NCBI GenBank assembly: GCA_001604405.1
Contig: LVBL01000017.1
Location: forward strand, 3,364-67,363
Origin: Spirochaetales bacterium Spiro_10
Lineage (GTDB): Bacteria > Spirochaetota > Spirochaetia > Treponematales > Treponemataceae
DNA length: 64,000 nucleotides
Direction of reading: 5' to 3'
The translations under genes were made by a program, and so were the position numbers. The notes beneath the pieces were generated by a model. That model saw only the letters and a list, made by a program, of their open reading frames with translations, searched no databases and had not been told where the DNA came from. This document shows positions 9,452 to 19,294 of the stretch, in pieces; within the stretch, counting starts at the first letter, position 1, and the number at the start of each line of letters is the position of its first letter.

Positions 9452-11199
9452 GACGAAGCCTGTTTCTCTGGATCTTTCCCCCCTACATCATAACCGTCAT
9501 TCTTACGGCACTGGCCTTCACGGCCTTCGCCGCGCAGGGCGCGACGGACTTCTTCTACGACCTCTCCTCGATCAAGCTGCGCGAGACCGCGCTCATCGCC
9601 AGGAACGCCCTCGCCGAATCGTTCGCGACCCCGCTCGACGGCGATCACGCGGGGCTCCGGAAGAAGGCGCTCGCCCTTACGGCAGGAACCGACATCCGCC
9701 TCACGATTATCGCGCCGAGCGGAAGGGTAATCGTCGACACGGCTGCGAGTCCCGACGCGATGGACCTGCACCTCGACCGGGAGGAGGTCCGCAAGGCGCT
9801 CGCCTCGGGCGCGGGCTCGGCGATGCGCAAGTCGGTATCGACCGGCGTCACCACGACCTACGAGGCGGTCTCCGTCCCGACGTCCGACGGCTCCCTTGCC
9901 GTCATTCGCGTGGCCACCCCGCTGAGCATCATCGACGACAGGAAAACCGCGCTCGTCTTCGAGGTCGCCTTTTTCGGCCTGTGCCTCTCCGTGATCGTGT
10001 CCTTACTCGCCGTATGGCTAACCCGGCGCCTCTCCGCTCCCATACTCCGCATCGACGCGGGCGCGCGCGCCTTTTCCGCGGGACGCCTCGAGGAGCGCAT
10101 ACCGGAGGAAGGCCCCTACGAGGTCGCGAACCTCGCCGGCGTGCTGAACCGGATGGCGGTCCTGCTCGACGAGCGCATCAAGACGGTGGCTGAACAGAAC
10201 GGCAGGCTCGCGGCCATCCTGAACGGGATGTCCGAGGCGGTCGCGGTCGTCGACGGACGTCTCGCGGTACTCAGCTCGAATCCCGCGTTCTGCTCCCTCT
10301 TTCCCGGAAAACAGGCGGGCAACCTGCTTTCCGTGACGCGCAGCACGGAACTCTGCGAGTTCATGGAGACGGCGCTCAAGACGGAAGGCCCGCTCGAGAC
10401 CGACATCACCCTCTACGGCGAGCGTCCACGGCAGCTCAGGATAGCATCGGCACCCATCGACGGCGGCAAGGCGGTTCTCGTCATCACCGATCTCACGCGA
10501 CTGTACCGGCTCGAGACGGTCCGGCGAGACTTCACCTCGAACGTCTCGCACGAGCTCAAGACGCCCATAACCACCGTCAAGGCCGCGATAGAGACGCTGA
10601 GGGAATCGGATCTCGACGACAGGGCCGCGTGCTCGCGATTCCTCGATATCGCCTCCCGGGGCGCGGAGCGGCTCGAGGCCATACTGGCGGACCTCCTTTC
10701 GCTCGCGAGAATCGAGGAGGAAGAGGGAAAGACGGGGATCGAGAAGGCGGAGGTACGGCTCGACGACGTCATCGCGGCCGCGATTGCCGAGGCGGCGCGG
10801 CGCGCCTCGTCGCCAAACTTCGCCTTCAGGCAGGACGGCGAGGCGGGCATCGTCATACGCGCGAACGAGGGACTGATCCGCCAGGCGCTCGTGAACCTTC
10901 TCGACAACGCGCGCAAATACGCCTCCGAGGGAGGACTCGCCACCGTTCGCGTCTCCGTGGAGAGCGGGCACGCCGTGGTGTCGGTCATCGATCGCGGGCA
11001 AGGCATACCGGAACGCGACCGCTCGCGGATCTTCGAGCGCTTCTACCGCATAGACAAGGCGCGGTCGCGCGATACCGGCGGAACCGGACTCGGGCTCTCG
11101 ATCGTCAAGCACATAGCGCTCGCGCACTCGGGATCGGTCCGTCTGGAAAGCGCCGAGGGGAAGGGCTCGACGTTCAGCCTGCTCCTGCCGCTCAGCTGA
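9448..11199 (+). CDS. phoR: phosphate-regulon sensor histidine kinase
   Basis: Start overlaps the phoB stop. Two TM segments, PAS-like region, H-box FTSNVSHELKTPIT, and HATPase region NLLDNARKY...GGTGLGLSIVKH. Confidence 0.85.
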   Translation: MRRSLFLWIFPPYIITVILTALAFTAFAAQGATDFFYDLSSIKLRETALIARNALAESFATPLDGDHAGLRKKALALTAGTDIRLTIIAPSGRVIVDTAASPDAMDLHLDREEVRKALASGAGSAMRKSVSTGVTTTYEAVSVPTSDGSLAVIRVATPLSIIDDRKTALVFEVAFFGLCLSVIVSLLAVWLTRRLSAPILRIDAGARAFSAGRLEERIPEEGPYEVANLAGVLNRMAVLLDERIKTVAEQNGRLAAILNGMSEAVAVVDGRLAVLSSNPAFCSLFPGKQAGNLLSVTRSTELCEFMETALKTEGPLETDITLYGERPRQLRIASAPIDGGKAVLVITDLTRLYRLETVRRDFTSNVSHELKTPITTVKAAIETLRESDLDDRAACSRFLDIASRGAERLEAILADLLSLARIEEEEGKTGIEKAEVRLDDVIAAAIAEAARRASSPNFAFRQDGEAGIVIRANEGLIRQALVNLLDNARKYASEGGLATVRVSVESGHAVVSVIDRGQGIPERDRSRIFERFYRIDKARSRDTGGTGLGLSIVKHIALAHSGSVRLESAEGKGSTFSLLLPLS

Positions 11200-11230
11200 C
11201 GGTCACGGCGTCCGTAAGGCGGAGCCGCGA

Positions 11231-13486
11231 TTATCGGATCACGCCGATATCGAGCGCGATAAAGGGTATGTAGTCGCGGGTTATGTTCCGCGAAACGCCT
11301 CCCCGAAGCGCGACGGCGAATCCGTCGTTGAACCTGAGTCCGGCGCCGAGGGTCGAGTTCCAGTGAAAGATACCGCCCGGCTCGCGCAAGTCGGCCCTGT
11401 CCTGGGCCGTTACGCCGCAGGCCGCGTTGACCAGAACGAACACGGGAAGGTTTATGAACGACGAGGCGAGATTCCACCGCCGTTTCGCGCCTATGCCGAC
11501 GCCCGCGACGTGGCACCCGGTCCGCTCGTCGATGGTCATCGGATTCGGAAACAGCAGGCGATCCCCAAGCGTGGGCCGGTAGTACAAGGGCGAGGCGTTC
11601 GCGTGCGAGGAGGCCTCGCTGAAGTCGGTTCCCGCCATCCAGCGCACCGTGACCGAATAGGGCGAGTCGAACGAAAGGGAGAACTCGCCTGACGTCTCCA
11701 GAATGGAGAAGTCCCGCGAGGATCCCGCCTTGACGGACGACGTCGTGTATTGCGCGCGTAGCGCGAAACCGCCGGTGCTGAAAAGCGCCGAGTCGAGCGT
11801 GCTCACGTCGAAACGGGCGCGCGTCAGGAAATACCGCTCGTATCCCTCGGTCGTCTCGACGCTCGGCAAGGCCGAGGAGTCGATCCAGTTCGCGCTCCAT
11901 CCGACCGAAAGTTCCGCGTATCTCGAGAGGAACAAACCGACGGTCCCGCCCATCGACAGGGACGTCGTCTCGAACTGAAGCCCGACCGATGAGTCGTACC
12001 GGTACGTGTCGAGTTCCCGCATGTACGAAACCGCCGGCTCCACGAAAAAAAGGCCTCCGAAGGGCTGAAGGTATGTCGCCTCCGCGGTGAGGGCGCCGTT
12101 GAAACCCACGTCGAACGTGCAGCGCGAACCGGCTCCGGTAAGGTTTCTCAGCGTCACCCCCTGGGTAACCACGGAGAAATTCGAGAGCGAGTCCGAGTAG
12201 GTTCCGCGATGCGTGAACCCGGCGTGCGCCTCGTGAACGGGCTTCTTCGTCGGCTCGAGCGTCACCAGGAGCGTCGGGCCCTCGCTCTCGCGCGTCATGC
12301 GGACGGTCCTGAACCGGCCGGTCGACGAGAGGGCCGCGTAGGCCTCGGACAGGGTCTTGTCGTCGGCGGCCAACTCGCCGTTTTTCTCGAGCAGTCGCCT
12401 GACAAGGGCCCTGTCCCGCTCGGTACCGCCAAGCACGCGCAGTCGTTCGAGGGGAGCCGCAAGCGCCGGGATGTACACGGGAACGGGGGGGAGCGTGACG
12501 TCCGGGGGGGCGTCGCCCGCGTAGGACGGTCCCTTCATGAAGGCGGTAAGGCGGGGAACCTCGGCGCGAGCGGAGGACTCCCCCCGCTCGATGATCACCG
12601 AGGCGGAATCGAAGCTGTACGGGCCGAAGCCCGAGATGTCCACGTCGATCACGAAGTCGGCGTTCTCAAGCTGGGAACGCACGGTTATCTCGGTCAGGAC
12701 GTCCAGGGTCCTCGAGAGGGTCTCGACGACGCTCGAGCCGATTTCGCCGGGCTCGCGCGGTGTGTTGTCGACCAGATTGACCGCGATGACGGTTTTCGCG
12801 CCAAGGGAGCGCGCGACGTTTATCGGAAGGTTGTCGAGAACCCCGCCGTCCACGTAGTAGCGCTCGCCGATCCGGTACGGCTCGAACACGCCGGGTATGC
12901 TCATGCTCGCGCGCATGGCGTCGGAGATAGACCCCCCGGAAAGGACTACCGACTCGCGCGAGGACAAGTCCGAGGCAACCGCCCGGAAGCGCCTCGGAAG
13001 GGTGTCGAAATCGGCGGGCATCGCGTGCGGCAGCGAAAGGCGGTCGAATATGGCAAGGGCGTTCCTGCCGGAAAGGATTCCGGAGCCGAGCGAGAATCCG
13101 TCGCGCGTGAAGGCGAACCGGAGCGCGTACTTCGACCGGTCCTGCCGCTCACGAAAGGAGCTTGCGGCGAGGGATTCCGGCTCGGAGAAAACGTCCGTCC
13201 AGCGTATCCCGCGCACTATCGAGTCGAGTTCGGCGGCCGAATAGCCCATGGAATAGAGGCCTCCGACTATCGAGCCCATGCTCGTTCCCACGACAAGGTC
13301 GGGGGATATCCCGAGTTCCTCGAGCACCTTGATGACGCCCACATGGGCGATGCCGAGGGCCCCGCCGCCCTTCAGCACGAGGGCCACGCGCGGCGGTTCG
13401 CGTCCGGGCGCGCTCTCGGCCGAAACGCCGTAAAAAACCGACATGAAAAGCGCGAGGAGGAGACACGTACGAGCGGACTTCATCAT
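11231..13486 (-). CDS. patatin-like phospholipase fused to a POTRA/Omp85-type beta-barrel (PlpD-like, type Vd secretion architecture)
   Basis: Signal peptide. Patatin motifs [17 protein letters not shown] and [10 protein letters not shown]-terminal half is rich in alternating beta-strand sequence typical of the bacterial surface antigen (Omp85) barrel. Confidence 0.8.
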   Translation of the reverse strand: MMKSARTCLLLALFMSVFYGVSAESAPGREPPRVALVLKGGGALGIAHVGVIKVLEELGISPDLVVGTSMGSIVGGLYSMGYSAAELDSIVRGIRWTDVFSEPESLAASSFRERQDRSKYALRFAFTRDGFSLGSGILSGRNALAIFDRLSLPHAMPADFDTLPRRFRAVASDLSSRESVVLSGGSISDAMRASMSIPGVFEPYRIGERYYVDGGVLDNLPINVARSLGAKTVIAVNLVDNTPREPGEIGSSVVETLSRTLDVLTEITVRSQLENADFVIDVDISGFGPYSFDSASVIIERGESSARAEVPRLTAFMKGPSYAGDAPPDVTLPPVPVYIPALAAPLERLRVLGGTERDRALVRRLLEKNGELAADDKTLSEAYAALSSTGRFRTVRMTRESEGPTLLVTLEPTKKPVHEAHAGFTHRGTYSDSLSNFSVVTQGVTLRNLTGAGSRCTFDVGFNGALTAEATYLQPFGGLFFVEPAVSYMRELDTYRYDSSVGLQFETTSLSMGGTVGLFLSRYAELSVGWSANWIDSSALPSVETTEGYERYFLTRARFDVSTLDSALFSTGGFALRAQYTTSSVKAGSSRDFSILETSGEFSLSFDSPYSVTVRWMAGTDFSEASSHANASPLYYRPTLGDRLLFPNPMTIDERTGCHVAGVGIGAKRRWNLASSFINLPVFVLVNAACGVTAQDRADLREPGGIFHWNSTLGAGLRFNDGFAVALRGGVSRNITRDYIPFIALDIGVIR

Positions 13487-13552
13487 GTCTCCCAGAATAG
13501 CCCCCGCATATCGCAAAGTCAACATTTACGTCGTGTCAGATGCCTAAAGGCT

Positions 13553-13581
13553 TTGCTCAACGGTCCCATTCATGATATACT
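13553..13581 (+). promoter_or_regulatory. sigma70-type promoter of hup
   Basis: TTGCTC (13553-13558), 17 nt spacer, TATACT (13576-13581). About 43 nt upstream of the hup ATG, which has an AAGGAGA SD. Confidence 0.5.
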
Positions 13582-13624
13582 CGCCGACAAGCACTGCGCT
13601 TATAGTATCAAGGAGAAAACAACA

Positions 13625-13903
13625 ATGAACAAAGCGGAACTTATTGACGCGATCGCCGACGATGCCGGCCTGAGCAAGAAAGACGCCGGTAACGCCCTCA
13701 AGGCCCTCATCGACACCGTATCGAAGGAACTCAAGAAGGGCGGTTCCGTCCAGCTGGTGGGTTTCGGAACCTTCGAGGTCGGAAAACGCGCCGCGCGCAC
13801 CGGTCGCAATCCCAAAACCGGCGAGGCGATCAAGATCAAGGCCGCCAAGACCCCGAAGTTCAAGGCCGGCAAGGCCCTGAAAGACCTCGTCAACAAGAAG
13901 TAA
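13625..13903 (+). CDS. hup: HU-family DNA-binding protein
   Basis: [73 protein letters not shown]... Confidence 0.95.
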   Translation: MNKAELIDAIADDAGLSKKDAGNALKALIDTVSKELKKGGSVQLVGFGTFEVGKRAARTGRNPKTGEAIKIKAAKTPKFKAGKALKDLVNKK

Positions 13904-14039
13904 ACCTTCCACAACGGAACGCCGCCTGCCGCCAACGGCCGACGGCGGCTCCCGCTCTCGCTCGCCCCCGGACAGCCTGCAAACCCTTTGCGCAACCCGC
14001 CTTATATGGAGTACAATCAGCCTTCGGGAGGAACCTTCC

Positions 14040-14456
14040 ATGTGGTTTGTATTCGCCTTGCTGTCGGCGCTCTTCGCGGCGCTCACGTCGATTCTCGCCA
14101 AAATCGGCATAGCCGGTATCAATTCGAATCTCGCGACCGCCATCCGGACGGGCGTCGTGCTCGTCATGGCGTGGCTCGTCGTTCTCGTCTCCGGGTCGGT
14201 CGGGGGAATCAAGAACATCTCGGGCAAAAGCCTGCTCTTCCTCGTTCTGTCCGGCATCGCGACGGGGCTGTCCTGGCTCTGTTACTTTCGTGCCCTGCAA
14301 ATCGGCGAGGCGTCGAAGGTGGTTCCCGTCGACAAATTCAGCCTCGTCATCACCATCGTCTTCGCCTTCATATTTCTCCACGAGGCGGTTACGCTCAAGA
14401 CGGTGGTCGGGTGCGTTCTCATCGCGGGGGGAACCTTCGTGATGCTCCTCAAGTAG
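14040..14456 (+). CDS. small EamA/DMT-family membrane protein
   Basis: 138 aa, four or five TM segments. MWFVFALLSALFAALTSILAKIGIAGINSNLATAIRT resembles single EamA-domain proteins. Confidence 0.7.
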   Translation: MWFVFALLSALFAALTSILAKIGIAGINSNLATAIRTGVVLVMAWLVVLVSGSVGGIKNISGKSLLFLVLSGIATGLSWLCYFRALQIGEASKVVPVDKFSLVITIVFAFIFLHEAVTLKTVVGCVLIAGGTFVMLLK

Positions 14457-14463
14457 GCATAAG

Positions 14464-15600
14464 ATGAAAGACCACGCCAAGTCCACCGTGAACTACCGCC
14501 GGGCGAGTCTCTTTTTGCTCGGGCTCATCGCCCTCATACTCACCGGCGGCGCTCTGAAGCTCACGACCCCCGTCGTGCTCCCCTTCGTCATCGCCGTTCT
14601 TCTCACCTTCGTTCTCGAGCCGCTCGTCGCGGTCCTGACGAAAATCAGGATCCCTCGCGCGATCGCGTCCGTGCTCATCGTGCTCATGATCGGCATGGCC
14701 GTTTACGCCGCGGGCTTCATCCTTTTCAAGAGCGTGGGCTCCATCGCCACCCTCTACCCGAAGTACGAGGCGCGCTTCACGGAGATCTACCGGAAGATAG
14801 CGGAGACCTTCGACTTCGCGTACGACGAGCATCTTTCCCTCTTCGACAACCTCTGGAGCCACCTGAACGTGCGCACGAAGGTACAGAGCCTCGCCTTCCG
14901 CTTCTCCGAGTCGTTCGTCTATTTGCTGAAGGACTCCGTCATGGTGACGCTCTTTATCGTGTTCCTTCTTCTGGAGATCGGCCACTTCAGGGATCGCGCC
15001 GAGATCGCCTTCGCGAGGACCTTCCCCGGAGGTCTCTCGTCGATCATGGAATCCGTCGTTCACCAGATCACGAGGTATCTCAGCATAAAGTTTTTCCTCA
15101 GTCTCGCCACGGGCGTTTTGGTCGGCTTGTCCCTCTCGCTCGTCGGCATGGACTTCCCCGTCGTGTGGGGCATCGTCTCGTTCATACTCAATTTCATCCC
15201 CACCATCGGGTCCATCGCGGCGGGCGGCGGGATCGCGGTATTCTCGATCGTCCAGTTCTACCCGGACCCGACGCCGATCGGGCTTTCGATAGGGTCCGTA
15301 CTGGCGATAAACCTGATAATCGGCAACGTGTTCGAGCCGAAGATCCAGGGCGACAACCTCGGCCTCTCGCCGTTCATCATACTCGCCTCCCTGCTGGCGT
15401 GGGGATGGCTATGGGGCTTCGTGGGACTCGTGCTCGCGGTCCCGATGACGGTCATCGTCAAGATATTCTGCGAGAACATACCCGGCCTCGAGGCCGTCTC
15501 GATCATGATCGGTTCCTACAAGGCGGCGCGGGAGGCACGGGAACAGGACGTCCAGTCCCCCGGCGCCGCGGCCGGCGCGGCGTCAAGCCCGGACGAATAA
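14464..15600 (+). CDS. AI-2E family transporter (PerM/UPF0118)
   Basis: 378-aa polytopic protein with FILNFIPTIGSIAAG and AVPMTVIVK motifs. Confidence 0.8.
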   Translation: MKDHAKSTVNYRRASLFLLGLIALILTGGALKLTTPVVLPFVIAVLLTFVLEPLVAVLTKIRIPRAIASVLIVLMIGMAVYAAGFILFKSVGSIATLYPKYEARFTEIYRKIAETFDFAYDEHLSLFDNLWSHLNVRTKVQSLAFRFSESFVYLLKDSVMVTLFIVFLLLEIGHFRDRAEIAFARTFPGGLSSIMESVVHQITRYLSIKFFLSLATGVLVGLSLSLVGMDFPVVWGIVSFILNFIPTIGSIAAGGGIAVFSIVQFYPDPTPIGLSIGSVLAINLIIGNVFEPKIQGDNLGLSPFIILASLLAWGWLWGFVGLVLAVPMTVIVKIFCENIPGLEAVSIMIGSYKAAREAREQDVQSPGAAAGAASSPDE

Positions 15601-15604
15601 AAAA

Positions 15605-15630
15605 GAAGGCCCTCCGCGAGGAGGGCCTTC
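15605..15630. terminator. bidirectional terminator hairpin between convergent genes
   Basis: GAAGGCCCTCC-GCGA-GGAGGGCCTTC: 11-bp perfect stem with a tetraloop, and an A-run on the 5' side. Confidence 0.65.
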
Positions 15631-15648
15631 CCGTATCATACTCGATAC

Positions 15649-16164
15649 TCAGAACTTGAATCCGATGGCCACGCCGATCTCCACGTCGATGATGGAAAGG
15701 CTGTCGATCGCATCCAACGCATCCGATGAAACCTGATATCCGACGATCGCTGTGGGGCGGATATAGAGATTCTCCATGAAATCGATATCGGCGCCGACAC
15801 CGGCCTTTACCGAAATCGCGTTCGCTCCGCTGTTACTTGGATTCATCAGATACCCGACTCCGACCATCGGAAAGAGCTTGAAGGACGACATGTCAAAGGG
15901 GTACTTGAACAAAAGGCTAAGGTCCAGAACGTTATCCATACCTTCTTCAGTGATAAGGTAGGCGACGCTGACCTGAGCATAGGTCACGTCGAAGAAACCC
16001 TTCACGCCGAAGGCGGTAGACGTGTCATCCCCAAAGTCGCTGGAGATGGAGGAATAATCGAACACGGCTCCCACGCCGGCGCTCATGTCGAAATCCAGGG
16101 CGAAAGTCGCGGAAACCGCGACAACCAGTACGAGAGCGATTGCGATACACTTTTTCATGGGCAT
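15649..16164 (-). CDS. small outer-membrane beta-barrel protein
   Basis: Signal peptide MKKCIAIALVLVVAVSATFA, alternating hydrophobic pattern, C-terminal ...AIGFKF. Visibly lower GC than neighbouring genes. Confidence 0.65.
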   Translation of the reverse strand: MPMKKCIAIALVLVVAVSATFALDFDMSAGVGAVFDYSSISSDFGDDTSTAFGVKGFFDVTYAQVSVAYLITEEGMDNVLDLSLLFKYPFDMSSFKLFPMVGVGYLMNPSNSGANAISVKAGVGADIDFMENLYIRPTAIVGYQVSSDALDAIDSLSIIDVEIGVAIGFKF

Positions 16165-16270
16165 TCTCCTCTACGGCAAGTCTAGGACCGCGGAGGCAGA
16201 ATGCAAGAGAGAGGCGTGACTTATGCCACGCTTCGGCGCCATTGATGGCCAAAAGCCCTTCGGCCGGTTC

Positions 16271-18271
16271 CTACGCCGTCTGTCCCACCTCGCGGGACGC
16301 CCGTTCGGCGGGGAGCGTGACGCGGAAGGTCGTTCCCTTCCCGTCCTCGGACTGTATGCGGATGGAGCCCTTCATCTCGCGGACGCGGTCGCGCACGTAC
16401 GAAAGGCCGACCCCGCGGCCCGCGTGCATGGAAGCCGACTTCGCGGTGCTGAAGCCCGGCGAGAACAATACCTGCAACAGCGCGTTGCGGTCCGAAAGGA
16501 GTGCCGGTTCGGAGATCAGCCCGAGATCGCGGGCCTTCGCGCCGATCGCGTGGAAATCGAGCCCCTTTCCGTCGTCGGCAAGGGCGATCTCTATCCTGTC
16601 GCCCGTAATCCCTATCGAAAGGGACACGGAGCCCTCCTCCTCCTTGCCGGACGAGGCCCGGTCAAGGGGCGACTCGATCCCGTGATACATGGCGTTCCGC
16701 ACGAGCTGCACGAGCACGTCCTTCACGACGCGGCGCGGTGCGCGCTCTATGGCGCGCGGGTCGATCGAGCGGATCGTGAGCCGCGCCTTCTTTCCGAGGT
16801 CCGCCGAGGCCTTGTCGATCACGCGCTGAAGCGACTGGACGATGACGTGCTCCTCCTGCATGCGGCTCTCGCCGGTATTGAAGGAGAGGATCTTGTGTAT
16901 GAGGCCCTTGAAGCCGTCCTTGATGGTCATAAGCTTGTCCAGCTCGACGGTTATGTGGAGAATCTCCTGGAACGAAACGTCGGCATGCTCGCGAAGGTCG
17001 CGTATCTCGTCCTCGAGCTGGTGCAGCTTCGTGGAAAAGCTCGAAAGCCCGAGGATGACCGCGTTCGACTTGATGGCGTGCACGCCCTGGTAGATCTCCG
17101 AAACGACGTCGGGTGCCGCCTTCGTCTTGTCCTTCATGGCCGCGTTTATGCGGTCAAACTCGTATTCCGCGTCGGAGATGAAGTCGTTGAGGACGCGGGG
17201 CTCGACGTGGATGACCTCGAAGAGGGCCTTCATCTCCTCCTGCCGCTTGCCCTCCTCCTCGGAGAGCTGCTGCCGCAGTTCCGTCTCGCGCGTCTGGTCG
17301 TCGATCGTGCCGAGGATGTACGAGAGCCCGTCGTCGCGGTCTATCGGCGCGAACGTGCACCTGAGCGTCTTGGTCTCGCCAGAGGCGATGCCGACGTACG
17401 TGAACTCGTGCAGCGGGTTGATGTCTTCCAGCATCTGCGCGTCGTACGACTTGTTGAACACCATCTCGAAATAGTCGCGAAGCGTCTCGCGCTCCTTTTC
17501 CTGGACGGAGTTCTTCAACAGGTCGAGGAAATTCCTGCCGCTCAGGGCCGCCTCCCCGACGATCCCCTCGAGCGCGCGCGAGTACTGGGGCTGGATCACG
17601 TAGTCGCGGTCCATGAGAAAGAGGCCCGTCTTGAGGTTGTCCTTCATCGCGGCGATCTCGTCGCGCTCGGACTTCAGCTCGCGCGTCAGGCGCGCGACCC
17701 ACTGGTCCTTCGCGATCTTCGTGCGCTCGTAGACCATCGTGCACACGAGCACGAGCACGTACACGCCGACCGTCCGGTGCGCGAACGAGGGATGGAACGT
17801 CATCGGCGAGACGCCGGGCACGTAGACGGCGGCCACGACGCCCGCGAGAAGCACGATCGCGAGGGCGGTGCCGGCCTTCATTCCCAGAAGGAAGATGGCC
17901 AGCAGCGGAAAGGAGAATATCCACAGGACGCCGGACCCCTGAACGCCTCCGCTCACGGCGAGGAAGCCGCAGAGCATCATGTAGGGGATGACGGTGAGCA
18001 GGCCGGAGATGACGAAGGGGGCATTGGTCCTGAGAACGACGAAGGCGACGAGCGTCATGAAGCCCATCGCGAGGTCGAAGGTGCCCTGGGCGTGGGCTCC
18101 CGAACGCAGGCTCTCGAAGCCGAAGAGAAAGAGGAGCGTGCCCCCGAGGAAGATCATCGAGTTGAGGAGGATGTACCGGACCATCGTGTCCATCGTCGCC
18201 TCGTCGCGCGAGCCGAAGTTCCTTCCGCTCGTCATGACGTTCATGAACGGGTTAAATCTGACTTTATTCAT
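16271..18271 (-). CDS. membrane-anchored CheA-type histidine kinase (multi-TM N-terminus, PAS-like region, HPt, HATPase; no CheW-like domain)
   Basis: Start placed at MNKVRFNPF (ATG at 18271, GGAGA SD). HPt-like IYQGVHAIKSNAVILGL...LHQLEDEI. CheA-like ATPase LVQLVRNAMYHGIE...DDGKGLD...GRGVGLSYV. Protein ends directly after the ATPase domain. Confidence 0.75.
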   Translation of the reverse strand: MNKVRFNPFMNVMTSGRNFGSRDEATMDTMVRYILLNSMIFLGGTLLFLFGFESLRSGAHAQGTFDLAMGFMTLVAFVVLRTNAPFVISGLLTVIPYMMLCGFLAVSGGVQGSGVLWIFSFPLLAIFLLGMKAGTALAIVLLAGVVAAVYVPGVSPMTFHPSFAHRTVGVYVLVLVCTMVYERTKIAKDQWVARLTRELKSERDEIAAMKDNLKTGLFLMDRDYVIQPQYSRALEGIVGEAALSGRNFLDLLKNSVQEKERETLRDYFEMVFNKSYDAQMLEDINPLHEFTYVGIASGETKTLRCTFAPIDRDDGLSYILGTIDDQTRETELRQQLSEEEGKRQEEMKALFEVIHVEPRVLNDFISDAEYEFDRINAAMKDKTKAAPDVVSEIYQGVHAIKSNAVILGLSSFSTKLHQLEDEIRDLREHADVSFQEILHITVELDKLMTIKDGFKGLIHKILSFNTGESRMQEEHVIVQSLQRVIDKASADLGKKARLTIRSIDPRAIERAPRRVVKDVLVQLVRNAMYHGIESPLDRASSGKEEEGSVSLSIGITGDRIEIALADDGKGLDFHAIGAKARDLGLISEPALLSDRNALLQVLFSPGFSTAKSASMHAGRGVGLSYVRDRVREMKGSIRIQSEDGKGTTFRVTLPAERASREVGQTA

Positions 18272-18291
18272 ACGTTTGTCTCCATGAAAGG

Positions 18292-18768
18292 CTATGCGCC
18301 GGAAGAGGCCTCTATCGCCACGGAGAGGCAAAAGACCTCGTTCTCGAAAATATGGAAGGGTATGCAGATGATGCGCGCCTGGTCGTTCGGCCACTGGATC
18401 GAATGCCCCGCGCCCCGGACGATGGTGGGGAGCGAGATGACGAGACGGAAGGACTCCTCGAGACCGCGCTTCGCGTTTCCGGCGATGATGTTGATGATCT
18501 CGCCGATGGCGTCGATAACCTCGTCGTCAAGCTCGTCGTGCGTCGAGCCGGTCAGCGCGCCGGTCAGCTTTCGCGCGAGCGCCTGCTTCATCGATATGAC
18601 GACCGCGCCCCGGGCCTCGCCCGTCAGCCCTATGACGGCGGAGACGTCCCATTCGTGCGGGTCTTCCTTGTTGGCGAAATGCGGCCGCTCGGTCTCGAGC
18701 TCGACGCCGATAAAATCCCGGAACACGTTTACGCAAACGTCGACGAAAGGCTGTATGTACTTTTCCAC
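18292..18768 (-). CDS. cheX: CheX-family CheY-P phosphatase
   Basis: GTG start with an AGGAG SD. ...AVIGLTGEARGAVVISM...DAIGEIINIIAGNAK... is typical CheX/CheC-like sequence. Confidence 0.8.
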   Translation of the reverse strand: MEKYIQPFVDVCVNVFRDFIGVELETERPHFANKEDPHEWDVSAVIGLTGEARGAVVISMKQALARKLTGALTGSTHDELDDEVIDAIGEIINIIAGNAKRGLEESFRLVISLPTIVRGAGHSIQWPNDQARIICIPFHIFENEVFCLSVAIEASSGA

Positions 18769-18777
18769 CTTGAACTC

Positions 18778-19152
18778 CTACAGGGTAATCTTGGAGAGCT
18801 TCTCGTGAAAGCTCTTTTCGTTTACGGGCTTGATGATATAGTCCGTCGCGCCGTTCTTGAGCGCCTCGATGACGTTATACCGGGCCGCCTCGCTCGTGAC
18901 CATGATGATCGGCAAGTCCTTGTACTTCTCCATGACCCTGACCTTCTTGAGGAAATCGAGCCCGGAAAGCTCCGGCATGTTCCAGTCGAGAAGAACGAGA
19001 TGCACGTCGCGTTCCTCGAGCCGCGCGAGCGCCTCTTTGCCGTTTCCGGCCTCGACGAATTCGCACGGGATCCCCATCGTGGAAAAGGTGTTTTTTACGA
19101 TGTTTCGCATAATCCGGGAATCGTCCACAACAAGCACGGTACGAACGTCCAT
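18778..19152 (-). CDS. cheY: CheY-like single-domain response regulator
   Basis: MDVRTVLVVDDSRIMRNIV...LVLLDWNMPELSGLDFLKKVR...IIMVTSEA...YIIKP. Start at the second ATG, which has a GGGGG SD. Confidence 0.88.
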   Translation of the reverse strand: MDVRTVLVVDDSRIMRNIVKNTFSTMGIPCEFVEAGNGKEALARLEERDVHLVLLDWNMPELSGLDFLKKVRVMEKYKDLPIIMVTSEAARYNVIEALKNGATDYIIKPVNEKSFHEKLSKITL

Positions 19153-19258
19153 GATACCCCCATACATTTAGTCATATATCGAATATCGTAATTATATCCG
19201 TTTTCCCCGGCATTTCAACGTATTTATGACAAGACACACGCGTTTCGTCGGGAACGCC

Positions 19259-19288
19259 TTGCCTCGCGAGTCCGCGCGTGGGTATATT
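19259..19288 (+). promoter_or_regulatory. sigma70-type promoter placed for a leaderless HD-domain gene
   Basis: TTGCCT (19259-19264), 18 nt spacer, TATATT (19283-19288), then 6 nt to the ATG at 19295. No SD in between. Confidence 0.4.
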
Positions 19289-19294
19289 TCAGTC

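Noticed and set aside
13904-14039. GC-rich hairpin (GCCGCC...GGCGGC) after hup as a terminator
   Set aside because: The stem is imperfect, the loop is long and there is no U-run. It is plausible but not supportable from sequence alone.
16165-16270. Terminator for the CheA-type kinase gene and promoter for the OMP gene in the 106-nt gap
   Set aside because: Only weak pairings (GGCC...GGCC) and a moderate TTGCAT-16-TAGACT pair are present. This is too weak to list as features.
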